A stretch of DNA of 11,875 bases from a virus (lineage: Duplodnaviria > Heunggongvirae > Uroviricota > Caudoviricetes): IMG/VR virus record IMGVR_UViG_2698536366_000007; one strand, written 5' to 3'. A program made the position numbers and the translations under genes. This document shows, piece by piece, positions 1-6,814 of this stretch (its first letter is position 1; each line of letters begins with the position of its first letter). The notes under the pieces are model-generated. The model saw only the letters and a list, made by a program, of their open reading frames with translations, did not search any database and was not told the origin of the DNA.

Positions 1-51
1 CTGCTTAAAAAAAGAACAAATGGTAGTGTCCGCTATTGCCAGTACACCTCA
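1..51 (+). mobile_element. IS600 (IS3 family) terminal 51 bp including the inverted repeat; the element body lies upstream of the window
   Basis: Reverse complement of 1-51 matches 8686-8736, the end of the complete IS600 copy, and ends in CCTCA; bases 6-8 TAA correspond to the orfB stop. Confidence 0.8.
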
Positions 52-250
52 TCCATCACCGAAAAAAATTGGCTTTTACACCATTGGCGATAAAAGCATT
101 TACCTGTATGACCTACGCCGCATGGATGAAATCATGGAGGCTCTTGATAATCGTTCGTCGATGGATTGGTGTGTTGCTGTTCATGATATGAATGCAGGGT
201 TTGATGAAAAGATTTTGTTCCCCTCATCAGTTGAAAGCACTGCGGGTTAA
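52..250 (+). pseudogene. 3' remnant of a phage gene truncated by the upstream IS600 (about 65 C-terminal codons, stop at 248-250)
   Basis: The open frame runs straight out of the IS600 end, so the ATG at 20 listed in the ORF track lies inside IS sequence; the downstream translation looks protein-like. Family not recognised. Confidence 0.4.
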
Positions 251-260
251 GGAGTAACAC

Positions 261-428
261 ATGACCACTATTACCAAAGAACGTATTGAATTGTTCATTA
301 AAAACCCGCTTGAAAACGGGCTTACCCGTGGTGAACAAATGGAACTGGCACGGATTGCGCTGGCATCGCTGGAAGCAGAGCCGGTTGTGTTCTGGTTTGA
401 AAAATATCAAGAAGGGGCTACGGCATGA
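261..428 (+). CDS. hypothetical small phage protein (55 aa)
   Basis: ATG at 261 preceded by AGGAG at 250-254; stop TGA 426-428 overlaps the next start (ATGA); shares the MTT(I/F)T(K/R)E N-terminus and the IAL-SL-AEP motif with the following ORF. Confidence 0.5.
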   Translation: MTTITKERIELFIKNPLENGLTRGEQMELARIALASLEAEPVVFWFEKYQEGATA

Positions 429-769
429 CGACTTTTACCAGAGAGCAGTTAATAGCTCACGCAGAGGAGACTATTGAAGCACAGAGACTGTGCATACCGG
501 GCACAATCGACCATGACATCATCCGCACATATAAGATGGATATTGCTGTTCTGGAAATCGCACTGGTATCGCTGGCAGCAGAGCCAGCCGGTAAATTGCA
601 TGAATACAAACCAGTGGGATATCAGCGTCTGGTCGATGAGTTAACCATGCTGGTAAAGCAGTTAACCTGGCAACTGAGGAAAGCGAAGCCAGACTGCAAA
701 TTACCGGATAAGGCGATGAGTTATCTGGAGCGGAACGGACTGATAAGCGTGGAGGATATTTTACGATGA
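425..769 (+). CDS. hypothetical phage protein (114 aa), paralogous to the preceding 55-aa ORF
   Basis: ORF track; ATGA overlap with the upstream ORF and with the downstream 27-aa ORF; shared motifs with the 261-428 product. Confidence 0.55.
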   Translation: MTTFTREQLIAHAEETIEAQRLCIPGTIDHDIIRTYKMDIAVLEIALVSLAAEPAGKLHEYKPVGYQRLVDELTMLVKQLTWQLRKAKPDCKLPDKAMSYLERNGLISVEDILR

Positions 770-849
770 CCTGGCCTGAAGCATTAACAACGGTAGGAAT
801 TGCGATGGCGGTGGCGCTGGTGGTGTATTCGATTTGCCGCTGGGGATAA
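766..849 (+). CDS. small hydrophobic peptide (27 aa, [27 protein letters not shown]), predicted single transmembrane helix
   Basis: ATG 766 overlaps the upstream stop (ATGA); strong SD GGAGGA at 751-756 with 9-nt spacing; stop TAA 847-849. Below the ORF-track size cutoff. Confidence 0.45.
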   Translation: MTWPEALTTVGIAMAVALVVYSICRWG

Positions 850-1003
850 AAACGGTTTGCGGGAAAAGGAGAGTTAAGTAGAATTGCAGCGGGTGCTTGA
901 GGCTATCTGTCTCAGGCATGAACACCAAAAGGCAGATAGAGAAAAGCCCCAGTTAACATTACGCGTCCGGCAAGACGCTTAACATTAATCTGAGGCTCAA
1001 TCT

Positions 1004-1216
1004 ATGAACGGCAAATCTAGGTTAGCCTCTTACGTGCCGAAAGGCAAGGAGAAGCAGGCTATGAAGCAGCAAAAGGCGATGTTAATCGCCCTGATCGTCA
1101 TCTGTTTAACCGTCATAGTGACGGCACTGGTAACGAGGAAAGACCTCTGCGAGGTACGAATTCGAACCGGCCAGACGGAGGTCGCTGTCTTCACAGCTTA
1201 CGAACCTGAGGAGTAA
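1004..1216 (+). CDS. hokD: Hok/Gef family type I toxin with in-frame mok-like N-terminal extension; core hok reading frame 1061-1216 (51 aa)
   Basis: Core translation MKQQKAMLIALIVICLTVIVTALVTRKDLCEVRIRTGQTEVAVFTAYEPEE matches, from memory, the HokD/RelF toxin; the leader carries hok-mRNA-like elements (GCTTGAGGC at 896-904; AGCCTCTTAC...GCAAGGAGAAG immediately before the ATG). Confidence 0.8.
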   Translation: MNGKSRLASYVPKGKEKQAMKQQKAMLIALIVICLTVIVTALVTRKDLCEVRIRTGQTEVAVFTAYEPEE

Positions 1217-1286
1217 GAGACCAGGCGGGGGAGAAATCCCTCGCCACCTCTGATGGGTCAGGCATCCTCAATGCACCCACACTTAA

Positions 1287-1311
1287 CCCGCTTCGGCGGG
1301 TTTTTGTTTTT
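1287..1311 (+). terminator. rho-independent terminator of the hok transcript
   Basis: Stem CCCGC / GCGGG with UUCG tetraloop (1287-1300) followed by TTTTTGTTTTT. Confidence 0.65.
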
Positions 1312-1436
1312 ATTTTCAACGCGTTTGAAGTTTTAGATGGTGCCGGAATAGAATCAAAAATACTTAAGTAGCGCGCAGGGAGAAGAGGGATGGACCCCGA
1401 ACAGGGGAGTGCTATTTATCTGGAAGGATTCTGTTG

Positions 1437-1718
1437 ATGAAAATCGAAGAATTACGTGAAATTTTTAGTGAAGATGGCCTCTATACTGTGCGCGTTGAGA
1501 ATGGCGCTATTGTCAGCCACTGCCTTCCAGACTACACAATTCTGATAATTCAGCCGTCTTTGCCAGCAGGCACGGGCGGCGCTCTCACGCATTTAAATCT
1601 GATTGGTACCAGCATCCCCCATGCACTGAAGAACAGGCCGAATGGCTCATTCAGTGTTACCGCAGGCGCGGATGCGAGGTTAAAAAAGCCCTTAGCCTCG
1701 ACTACCGTCACTGGATAA
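1437..1718 (+). CDS. hypothetical small protein, probably frameshifted (possible pseudogene); the protein-like C-terminus continues in another frame to 1792
   Basis: ATG 1437 (track start 1434 is TTG) with SD GGAAGGA at 1423-1429; downstream of the C5 run at 1616-1620 a different frame stays open to TAA 1790-1792 and reads protein-like, while the annotated frame becomes low-complexity. Confidence 0.4.
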   Translation: MKIEELREIFSEDGLYTVRVENGAIVSHCLPDYTILIIQPSLPAGTGGALTHLNLIGTSIPHALKNRPNGSFSVTAGADARLKKPLASTTVTG

Positions 1719-1793
1719 TCTCCGTCAGGCTCCCTTACTCCGAACGGCCAACGCGTCCGTCCCGCACATTCCAGCAACGGATCTGGAGGTAAT

Positions 1794-2852
1794 GTGCGGG
1801 TATTACTTCGACCTGTTCTGGTACCGGAACTCGGTCTGGTTATCGTTAAGCCAGGCCGTGAATCAATGTCAGCATTCCATAACGGCAGAATACTGGTGGA
1901 GCCGGAACCAAAAAGCATGCGTAATCTGCCGTCCGGGGTCGTTCCTGCCGCTCGCCAGCCGCTGGTGGAAGACAAAACATTGCTGCCGTTTTTCAGTAAC
2001 GCACGGGTGATTCGTGCTGCTGGTGGTGCTGGTGCATTGTCTGACTGGCTGTTGCGCCATATTAAATCCTGCCAGTGGCCACACGGCGATTATCATCACA
2101 GCGAAACCGTCATTCACCGTTATGGTACCGGCGCAATGGTGTTGTGCTGGCACTGCGACAACCAGCTGCGTGACCAGACATCCGAATCACTCGAGCAACT
2201 TGCTCATCAAAACCTGTCAGCATGGATGATTGACGTCATCGGTCACGCAATAAGCGGTACGCAGGAGCGTGAATTATCTCTGGCTGAATTATCCTGGTGG
2301 GCGGTCCGCAATCAGGTGGCGGACGCGCTACCGGAAGCGGTATTACGTCGTTCGCTGGGGTTGCGTGCGGAAAAAATTCGCTCTGTGTACAGTGAAAGCG
2401 ACATCATACCGGGAGAGCAGACAGCCACCAGCATACTGAAGCAGCGCACAAAAAATATTGCGTTACTGCCTCACGTCCACCAGCAACAGAACCCACCACA
2501 GGAAAAGACGGTGGTCAGCATTGCCGTTGATCCGGAGTCACCGGCTCAGTATCTCCAGCGCCAGAAATCACAACGGGAAGAGATGCCTGTATACACGCGC
2601 TGGGTAAAAACGCAGAAATGCATGACGTGTGGCAATCAGGCAGATGATCCGCATCACATCATTGGTCATGGACTGGGAGGGATGGGAACAAAGGCTGATG
2701 ATTTGTTTGTTATTCCGTTATGCCGTAAATGCCGTAACGAACTACATGCCGGAGTAAAAGATTTTGAAGAGAAACACGGCAGTCAGCTGTTGTTGCTGAT
2801 TCGTTTTTTAATGCACGCGAGAAATTCGGGTGTTCTGAAGTGGAAAGCATAA
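1794..2852 (+). CDS. DUF968-like prophage protein with C-terminal HNH/zinc-finger-like Cys/His cluster (YdfU-like)
   Basis: 352-aa ORF; C-terminal CMTCGNQADDPHHIIGHG...CRKCRNELH pattern; GTG start at 1794 after GGAGG (1785-1789); alternative ATG start at 1866 (MSAFHNG...). Confidence 0.75.
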   Translation: MRVLLRPVLVPELGLVIVKPGRESMSAFHNGRILVEPEPKSMRNLPSGVVPAARQPLVEDKTLLPFFSNARVIRAAGGAGALSDWLLRHIKSCQWPHGDYHHSETVIHRYGTGAMVLCWHCDNQLRDQTSESLEQLAHQNLSAWMIDVIGHAISGTQERELSLAELSWWAVRNQVADALPEAVLRRSLGLRAEKIRSVYSESDIIPGEQTATSILKQRTKNIALLPHVHQQQNPPQEKTVVSIAVDPESPAQYLQRQKSQREEMPVYTRWVKTQKCMTCGNQADDPHHIIGHGLGGMGTKADDLFVIPLCRKCRNELHAGVKDFEEKHGSQLLLLIRFLMHARNSGVLKWKA

Positions 2853-3233
2853 ATGACCGAGCGCATAGAATTTGTTTTACCTTACCCGCCGACGGTGAAC
2901 ACTTACTGGCGTCGTCGTGGCAGCACATATTTTGTATCAAAAGCCGGGGAGCGTTATCGCCGGGCAGTGGCGCTTATTGTTCGCCAGCAGCGGCTGAAAT
3001 TAAGCCTGTCCGGAAGGTTGGCAATAAAAATTATTGCAGAACCACCGGATAAGCGCCGCCGTGACCTGGACAATATTCTGAAAGCGCCGCTGGATGCGCT
3101 GACGCATGCGGGGTTGCTAATGGACGATGAGCAGTTTGATGAAATCAATATCGTTCGTGGTCAGCCAGTATCTGGTGGACGTCTGGGGGTGAAGATTTAT
3201 CCCATAATGCTTGAAGGGCAGGTCAAAAAATGA
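2853..3233 (+). CDS. rusA: RusA-like Holliday junction resolvase
   Basis: 126 aa with the RRRDLDN acidic motif and overall similarity to E. coli RusA; ATG immediately follows the upstream stop. Confidence 0.8.
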   Translation: MTERIEFVLPYPPTVNTYWRRRGSTYFVSKAGERYRRAVALIVRQQRLKLSLSGRLAIKIIAEPPDKRRRDLDNILKAPLDALTHAGLLMDDEQFDEINIVRGQPVSGGRLGVKIYPIMLEGQVKK

Positions 3234-4051
3234 AACTGGAAGATTTACCGAAATACTACTCCCCAAAATCCCCCGGCCTGACTGATGCATCGGCCTCAAC
3301 GTCGAAAGATGCGCTGAGTATCACTGATGTGATGGCCGCGCAGGGCATGACACAGAATCGGGCTGAGATGGGGGTTTCTGCGTTCCTTGGGAAAATGGGC
3401 ATTAGTATGAATGACAGAGAGCGGGCAACAGAATTGCTGACAGAATATGCACTCAGTCGGTGTGATCGCGTGGCGGCGTTAAGAAAACTCCCGGCAGAAA
3501 TAAAACCGGCAGTGATGCGTATTATGGCTTCGTATGCGTTTGAAGATTATGCCCGTAGCGCGGCGAGCAAAAAACAGTGCCCCTGCTGTCACGGAAAAAA
3601 ATTTATTGAAAGCGAGGTTTTTACAAACAAGATCCAGTATCCGGATGGTAAGCCGCCGGTATGGGCAAAGTGTACGAAAGGTGTGTATCCGTCTTACTGG
3701 GAAGAATGGAAAAAAGTCAGGGAGGTGGTAAAAGTTGCCTGTCCGGAGTGTGGCGGAAAGGGTGAGGTTTCCACCGCCTGTAAGGATTGCCGTGGGCGTG
3801 GTGTCGCCATTCATCGTGAAGAGTCGGTAAAACGTGGTATGCCTGTTATCAGAGACTGCCAGCGTTGTGGTGGTCGTGGCTATGAAAGACTACCATCAAC
3901 GGAGGCATTTAATGCTATATGCGAGGTGACAAACCAGATAACACGCGCGTCATGGGAAAAAACAGTTAAGAAATTTTATGATGCGCTGGTGACCCGGTTT
4001 GATATTGAAGAAGCATGGGCTGAGCGGCAGTTAAAAAAGGTAACTAGGTAA
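3230..4051 (+). CDS. Q: late-gene antitermination protein Q (phage 82/Qin type, zinc-binding)
   Basis: 273 aa; several CxxC pairs (CPCCHGKK, CPECGGKG, CKDCRGRG, CQRCGGRG); ATGA overlap with rusA; immediately followed by a PR'-like promoter and terminator. Confidence 0.8.
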   Translation: MKLEDLPKYYSPKSPGLTDASASTSKDALSITDVMAAQGMTQNRAEMGVSAFLGKMGISMNDRERATELLTEYALSRCDRVAALRKLPAEIKPAVMRIMASYAFEDYARSAASKKQCPCCHGKKFIESEVFTNKIQYPDGKPPVWAKCTKGVYPSYWEEWKKVREVVKVACPECGGKGEVSTACKDCRGRGVAIHREESVKRGMPVIRDCQRCGGRGYERLPSTEAFNAICEVTNQITRASWEKTVKKFYDALVTRFDIEEAWAERQLKKVTR

Positions 4052-4056
4052 CAAGG

Positions 4057-4084
4057 TTGATTTTTCCGGAATCTGTGGTAAATT
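4057..4084 (+). promoter_or_regulatory. candidate late promoter PR' (with qut region) downstream of Q
   Basis: -35 TTGATT (4057-4062), 16-bp spacer, extended -10 TGgTAAATT (4076-4084). Confidence 0.5.
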
Positions 4085-4133
4085 CGTCATAACGATGGGC
4101 GTTTTATGCCTGACGTTAGAAGAGTTTCTACAA

Positions 4134-4155
4134 CCCGCCGCCGAGCGGGTTTTTT
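4134..4155 (+). terminator. tR'-like intrinsic terminator
   Basis: CCCGC-cgccga-GCGGG stem-loop followed by TTTTTT, about 50 nt downstream of the PR' -10. Confidence 0.7.
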
Positions 4156-4275
4156 ATGACTGAAATCGCGTCAGTACAGTAAACGCGCTGGTGGCGGTGA
4201 ATACCTGTCTTTCAGCTTGCTGGCTTTTTCGACAAGAGTTATTGGTGTGTCACGTTAACCGGAAAAGGAAAAGAC

Positions 4276-4473
4276 ATGCTAAAACAGCAGGATATGACAG
4301 AAACCGCCAGAGTGGTGTTTAATGAATTAAGCGTTACCGAACCGGCGACAGTCGGGGAGATAGCGCAGAATACTTACCTTTCACGCGAACGCTGCCAGTT
4401 AATACTGACCCAGCTGGTTATGGCGGGTCTGGCAGACTATCAGTTCGGTTGTTACAGACGCCTTCCGCAGTGA
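4276..4473 (+). CDS. small hypothetical protein (65 aa), possible winged-helix DNA-binding protein
   Basis: ATG 4276 preceded by AAGGAAAAG; helix-turn-helix-like segment VGEIAQNTYLSRERCQLILTQL. Confidence 0.5.
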   Translation: MLKQQDMTETARVVFNELSVTEPATVGEIAQNTYLSRERCQLILTQLVMAGLADYQFGCYRRLPQ

Positions 4474-4484
4474 AGGCTTTTTTA
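4460..4484 (+). terminator. intrinsic terminator overlapping the stop of the 65-aa ORF
   Basis: Stem GCCTTC / GAAGGC with 6-nt loop followed by TTTTTTAT. Confidence 0.55.
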
Positions 4485-4500
4485 TTTGTGGTAAATGGGC

Positions 4501-4531
4501 GGCTGGTGGGTGTTAGGGGCACCCACCAGCC
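4501..4531. repeat. perfect 12-bp inverted repeat (GGCTGGTGGGTG ...7 nt... CACCCACCAGCC)
   Basis: Exact reverse-complement arms read directly from the sequence, between the 65-aa ORF and the methyltransferase. Confidence 0.8.
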
Positions 4532-4623
4532 ATCTGCTCATGCGTTGGGTTCACAAGCAAACCTCAGGCCCACTGCTTTGCGCAAAAGCAGAATGAGCCT
4601 ATCAGAGACAGGCTTAATGATCC

Positions 4624-5682
4624 ATGCTTAATACTGTAAAAATATCCAGTTGTGAGTTAATCAACGCCGACTGCCTGGAATTTATCCGGTCGTTACCCGA
4701 AAATTCTGTTGACCTGATAGTCACGGACCCGCCGTACTTTAAAGTGAAGCCTGAGGGCTGGGATAACCAGTGGAAGGGCGACGATGATTACCTGAAGTGG
4801 CTGGACCAGTGTCTGGCGCAGTTCTGGCGGGTGCTGAAACCTGCCGGAAGTCTTTACCTGTTCTGTGGTCATCGCCTGGCATCTGATATCGAAATCATGA
4901 TGCGTGAACGCTTCAGTGTGCTGAACCATATTATCTGGGCGAAGCCGTCCGGACGCTGGAACGGATGCAACAAGGAAAGCCTGCGGGCGTATTTCCCCGC
5001 CACAGAGCGCATTCTGTTCGCGGAACATTATCAGGGGCCGTATCGTCCGAAAGATGCCGGGTATGCGGCGAAGGGCAGTGCACTGAAACAGCATGTGATG
5101 GCCCCGCTGATTTCTTACTTTCGTGATGCGCGAGCTGCCCTGGGGATAACGGCAAAACAGATTGCAGATGCCACAGGAAAGAAAAACATGGTGTCGCACT
5201 GGTTCAGTGCCGGTCAGTGGCAGTTGCCGAATGAAAGCGATTATCTGAAATTACAGGCGCTGTTTGCCCGGGTGGCAGAAGAGAAGCATCGGCGTGGTGA
5301 ACTGGAAAAGCTCCACCACCAGCTGGTGGATACGTATACCTCACTGAACCGGCAGTATGCGGAGCTGCTGAGTGAATATAAACATCTGCGGCGGTATTTT
5401 GGCGTGACGGTGCAGGTGCCGTATACCGATGTGTGGACGCATAAACCGGTGCAGTTCTATCCCGGGAAACATCCGTGCGAAAAACCGGCAGAAATGCTGC
5501 AGCAGATAATCAGCGCTAGCAGTCGTCCGGGTGACCTGATTGCAGATTTTTTCATGGGGTTGGGTTCGACAGTGAAAGCGGCACTGGCGCTCGGGCGTCG
5601 TGCAATTGGCGTTGAGCTGGAGACTGAACGTTTTGAGCAGACGGTTCGGGAAGTACAGGATTTAGTCAGCCAGAACGGATGA
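4624..5682 (+). CDS. DNA methyltransferase, beta-class amino-MTase (N6-adenine or N4-cytosine), phage-borne and apparently orphan
   Basis: 352 aa; N-terminal DPPY motif (VDLIVTDPPY) and C-terminal FxGxG AdoMet motif (FFMGLGST); no restriction endonuclease partner seen in the window. Confidence 0.85.
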   Translation: MLNTVKISSCELINADCLEFIRSLPENSVDLIVTDPPYFKVKPEGWDNQWKGDDDYLKWLDQCLAQFWRVLKPAGSLYLFCGHRLASDIEIMMRERFSVLNHIIWAKPSGRWNGCNKESLRAYFPATERILFAEHYQGPYRPKDAGYAAKGSALKQHVMAPLISYFRDARAALGITAKQIADATGKKNMVSHWFSAGQWQLPNESDYLKLQALFARVAEEKHRRGELEKLHHQLVDTYTSLNRQYAELLSEYKHLRRYFGVTVQVPYTDVWTHKPVQFYPGKHPCEKPAEMLQQIISASSRPGDLIADFFMGLGSTVKAALALGRRAIGVELETERFEQTVREVQDLVSQNG

Positions 5683-5722
5683 TATTGAAGAATTAATTAC
5701 GCGTCGTTATTATGCGGCTCCC

Positions 5723-5798
5723 GGCCCTTTAGCTCAGTGGTGAGAGCGAGCGACTCATAATCGCCAGGTCGCTGGTTCAAATCCAGCAAGGGCCACCA
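5723..5798 (+). tRNA. ileZ: tRNA-Ile (anticodon CAU, ileX-like minor isoleucine tRNA), copy A
   Basis: Cloverleaf by eye: acceptor GGCCCTT/AAGGGCC, anticodon loop CTCATAA, T-arm GCTGG-TTCAAAT-CCAGC, encoded CCA; close to E. coli ileX. Confidence 0.85.
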
Positions 5799-5805
5799 TC
5801 ACATA

Positions 5806-5882
5806 CCGCCATTAGCTCATCAGGAAAGAGCGCCAGCCTTCGAAGCTGGCTGCGCGGGGTTCAAGTCCCCGATGGCGGTCCA
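5806..5882 (+). tRNA. argN: tRNA-Arg (anticodon UCG), copy A
   Basis: Acceptor CCGCCAT/ATGGCGG, anticodon stem CCAGC/GCTGG with loop CTTCGAA, T-arm CGGGG-TTCAAGT-CCCCG, encoded CCA. Confidence 0.75.
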
Positions 5883-5895
5883 TTATCTGCATCAT

Positions 5896-5972
5896 GCGTT
5901 GTTAGCTCAGCCGGACAGAGCAATTGCCTTCTAAGCAATCGGTCACTGGTTCGAATCCAGTACAACGCGCCA
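5896..5972 (+). tRNA. argO: tRNA-Arg (anticodon UCU), copy A
   Basis: Acceptor GCGTTGT/ACAACGC, anticodon stem ATTGC/GCAAT with loop CTTCTAA, T-arm ACTGG-TTCGAAT-CCAGT, encoded CCA. Confidence 0.85.
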
Positions 5973-5986
5973 CACTTATTTTCCCT

Positions 5987-6012
5987 GGCTCGCTTTTGCG
6001 GGCCTTTTTTTT
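5987..6012 (+). terminator. candidate intrinsic terminator after tRNA cluster copy A
   Basis: Imperfect GC stem (GGCtCGC / GCGGGCC) followed by a T8 run. Confidence 0.45.
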
Positions 6013-6416
6013 AAATGTCTCACAATTCAGACGGTTGACAGTTGTCTGTTTTGCGGGGAGTTTGTTAAAAGAAACTGGCATGGTGAATCCCCCTGTGCGG
6101 AGGGGCAATCAGCGAGTAGGTATATGGGATAATCGCGGATTCAGGTGCTGGTACTGAATTCACCGGGAGGCACCCGGCATCATGCAATGGCACATAGCGC
6201 CACTCTCCAGCCCTCTCCGGAGGGGCTTTTCTGTGCCGGATACATCACAGTTTCTGGAACCTTAGGTACTACAGTATCAGTCAGGGTGCTATATTTTCAG
6301 ATGTGATGAAAGCCTGTCAGCAGGCAGGGCGTATCGGAAATGACCCAGTAGAGAAAACGTTGACTCAGATACCGGTGCTGAGTTACCGGGAAACCGGCAT
6401 CACATGACCGCTATCC
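6011..6416 (+). repeat. conserved non-coding element X, copy A (core 6011-6227 shared by all three copies; 6228-6416 shared with copy B only)
   Basis: Near-identical to 8281-8685 and, for the core, to 10923-11130; no convincing ORF; contains TTGACA at 6035-6040 and two GC hairpins sharing CGGAGGGG. Confidence 0.7.
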
Positions 6417-6814
6417 TGAGGTGTACTGGCAATAGCGGACACTACCATTTGTTCTTTTTTTAAGCAGCCATCTGATGATATTTTTCCCTGAAGGCTGCCG
6501 GGGAGATATTCCCCAGACGAGAGTGACGACGCTGACGATTGTAGAAAATCTCAATGTATTCCCGTATTACTGAGATGGCTTCATCCCGGTTATTAAAACG
6601 ATAGTGGCTCAGGCTCTCATTTTTCAGCGTTCCCCAGAAGCTTTCCATCGGAGCGTTGTCGTAACAGTTACCTTTACGCGACATTGATGTTTTCAGACCA
6701 GACTGCTCCTGTATGACCCGGTAATCGTATGCGCAGTACTGTGAACCTCGATCAGAGTGGTGGATTAGCCCGGCAGGTGGGCGCTGGCTCCTGAGCGCCA
6801 TAAACAGGGCTTTA
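6417..6814 (-). mobile_element. IS600 fragment (398 bp from the orfB end, including the terminal inverted repeat)
   Basis: Matches 8686-8083 of the complete copy, then switches abruptly into Q coding sequence at 6815. Confidence 0.85.

Noticed and set aside
132-477. ORFs 132-410 (minus) and 286-477 (plus)
   Set aside because: Overlap the coupled small-ORF set in wrong frames or antisense; no RBS.
1550-2229. ORFs 1550-1975 (minus), 1792-2010 (plus), 1869-2153 (minus), 2014-2229 (plus)
   Set aside because: Alternative-frame or antisense ORFs overlapping the DUF968 gene and the frameshifted upstream gene; Pro/Arg/Gly-rich translations typical of GC-rich off-frames.
2710-3299. ORFs 2710-2940 (minus), 2840-3052 (plus), 2954-3148 (minus), 3117-3299 (minus)
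   Set aside because: Overlap the 3' end of the DUF968 gene, rusA and the Q start in other frames or antisense.
3479-3814. 111-aa minus-strand ORF inside the Q gene
   Set aside because: Antisense to the well-supported Q coding sequence; shares the same antisense peptide as the chimeric 6460-6996 ORF.
4449-4631. 60-aa plus-strand ORF between the 65-aa ORF and the methyltransferase
   Set aside because: Spans an intrinsic terminator and the 12-bp palindrome; low-complexity translation; more likely regulatory DNA.
4693-5199. 168-aa and 74-aa minus-strand ORFs inside the methyltransferase gene
   Set aside because: Antisense to a CDS with clear methyltransferase motifs.
5902-6157. ORFs 5902-6108 (minus) and 5924-6157 (plus)
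   Set aside because: Overlap the tRNA-Arg(UCU) gene and element X; no RBS and non-protein-like translation.
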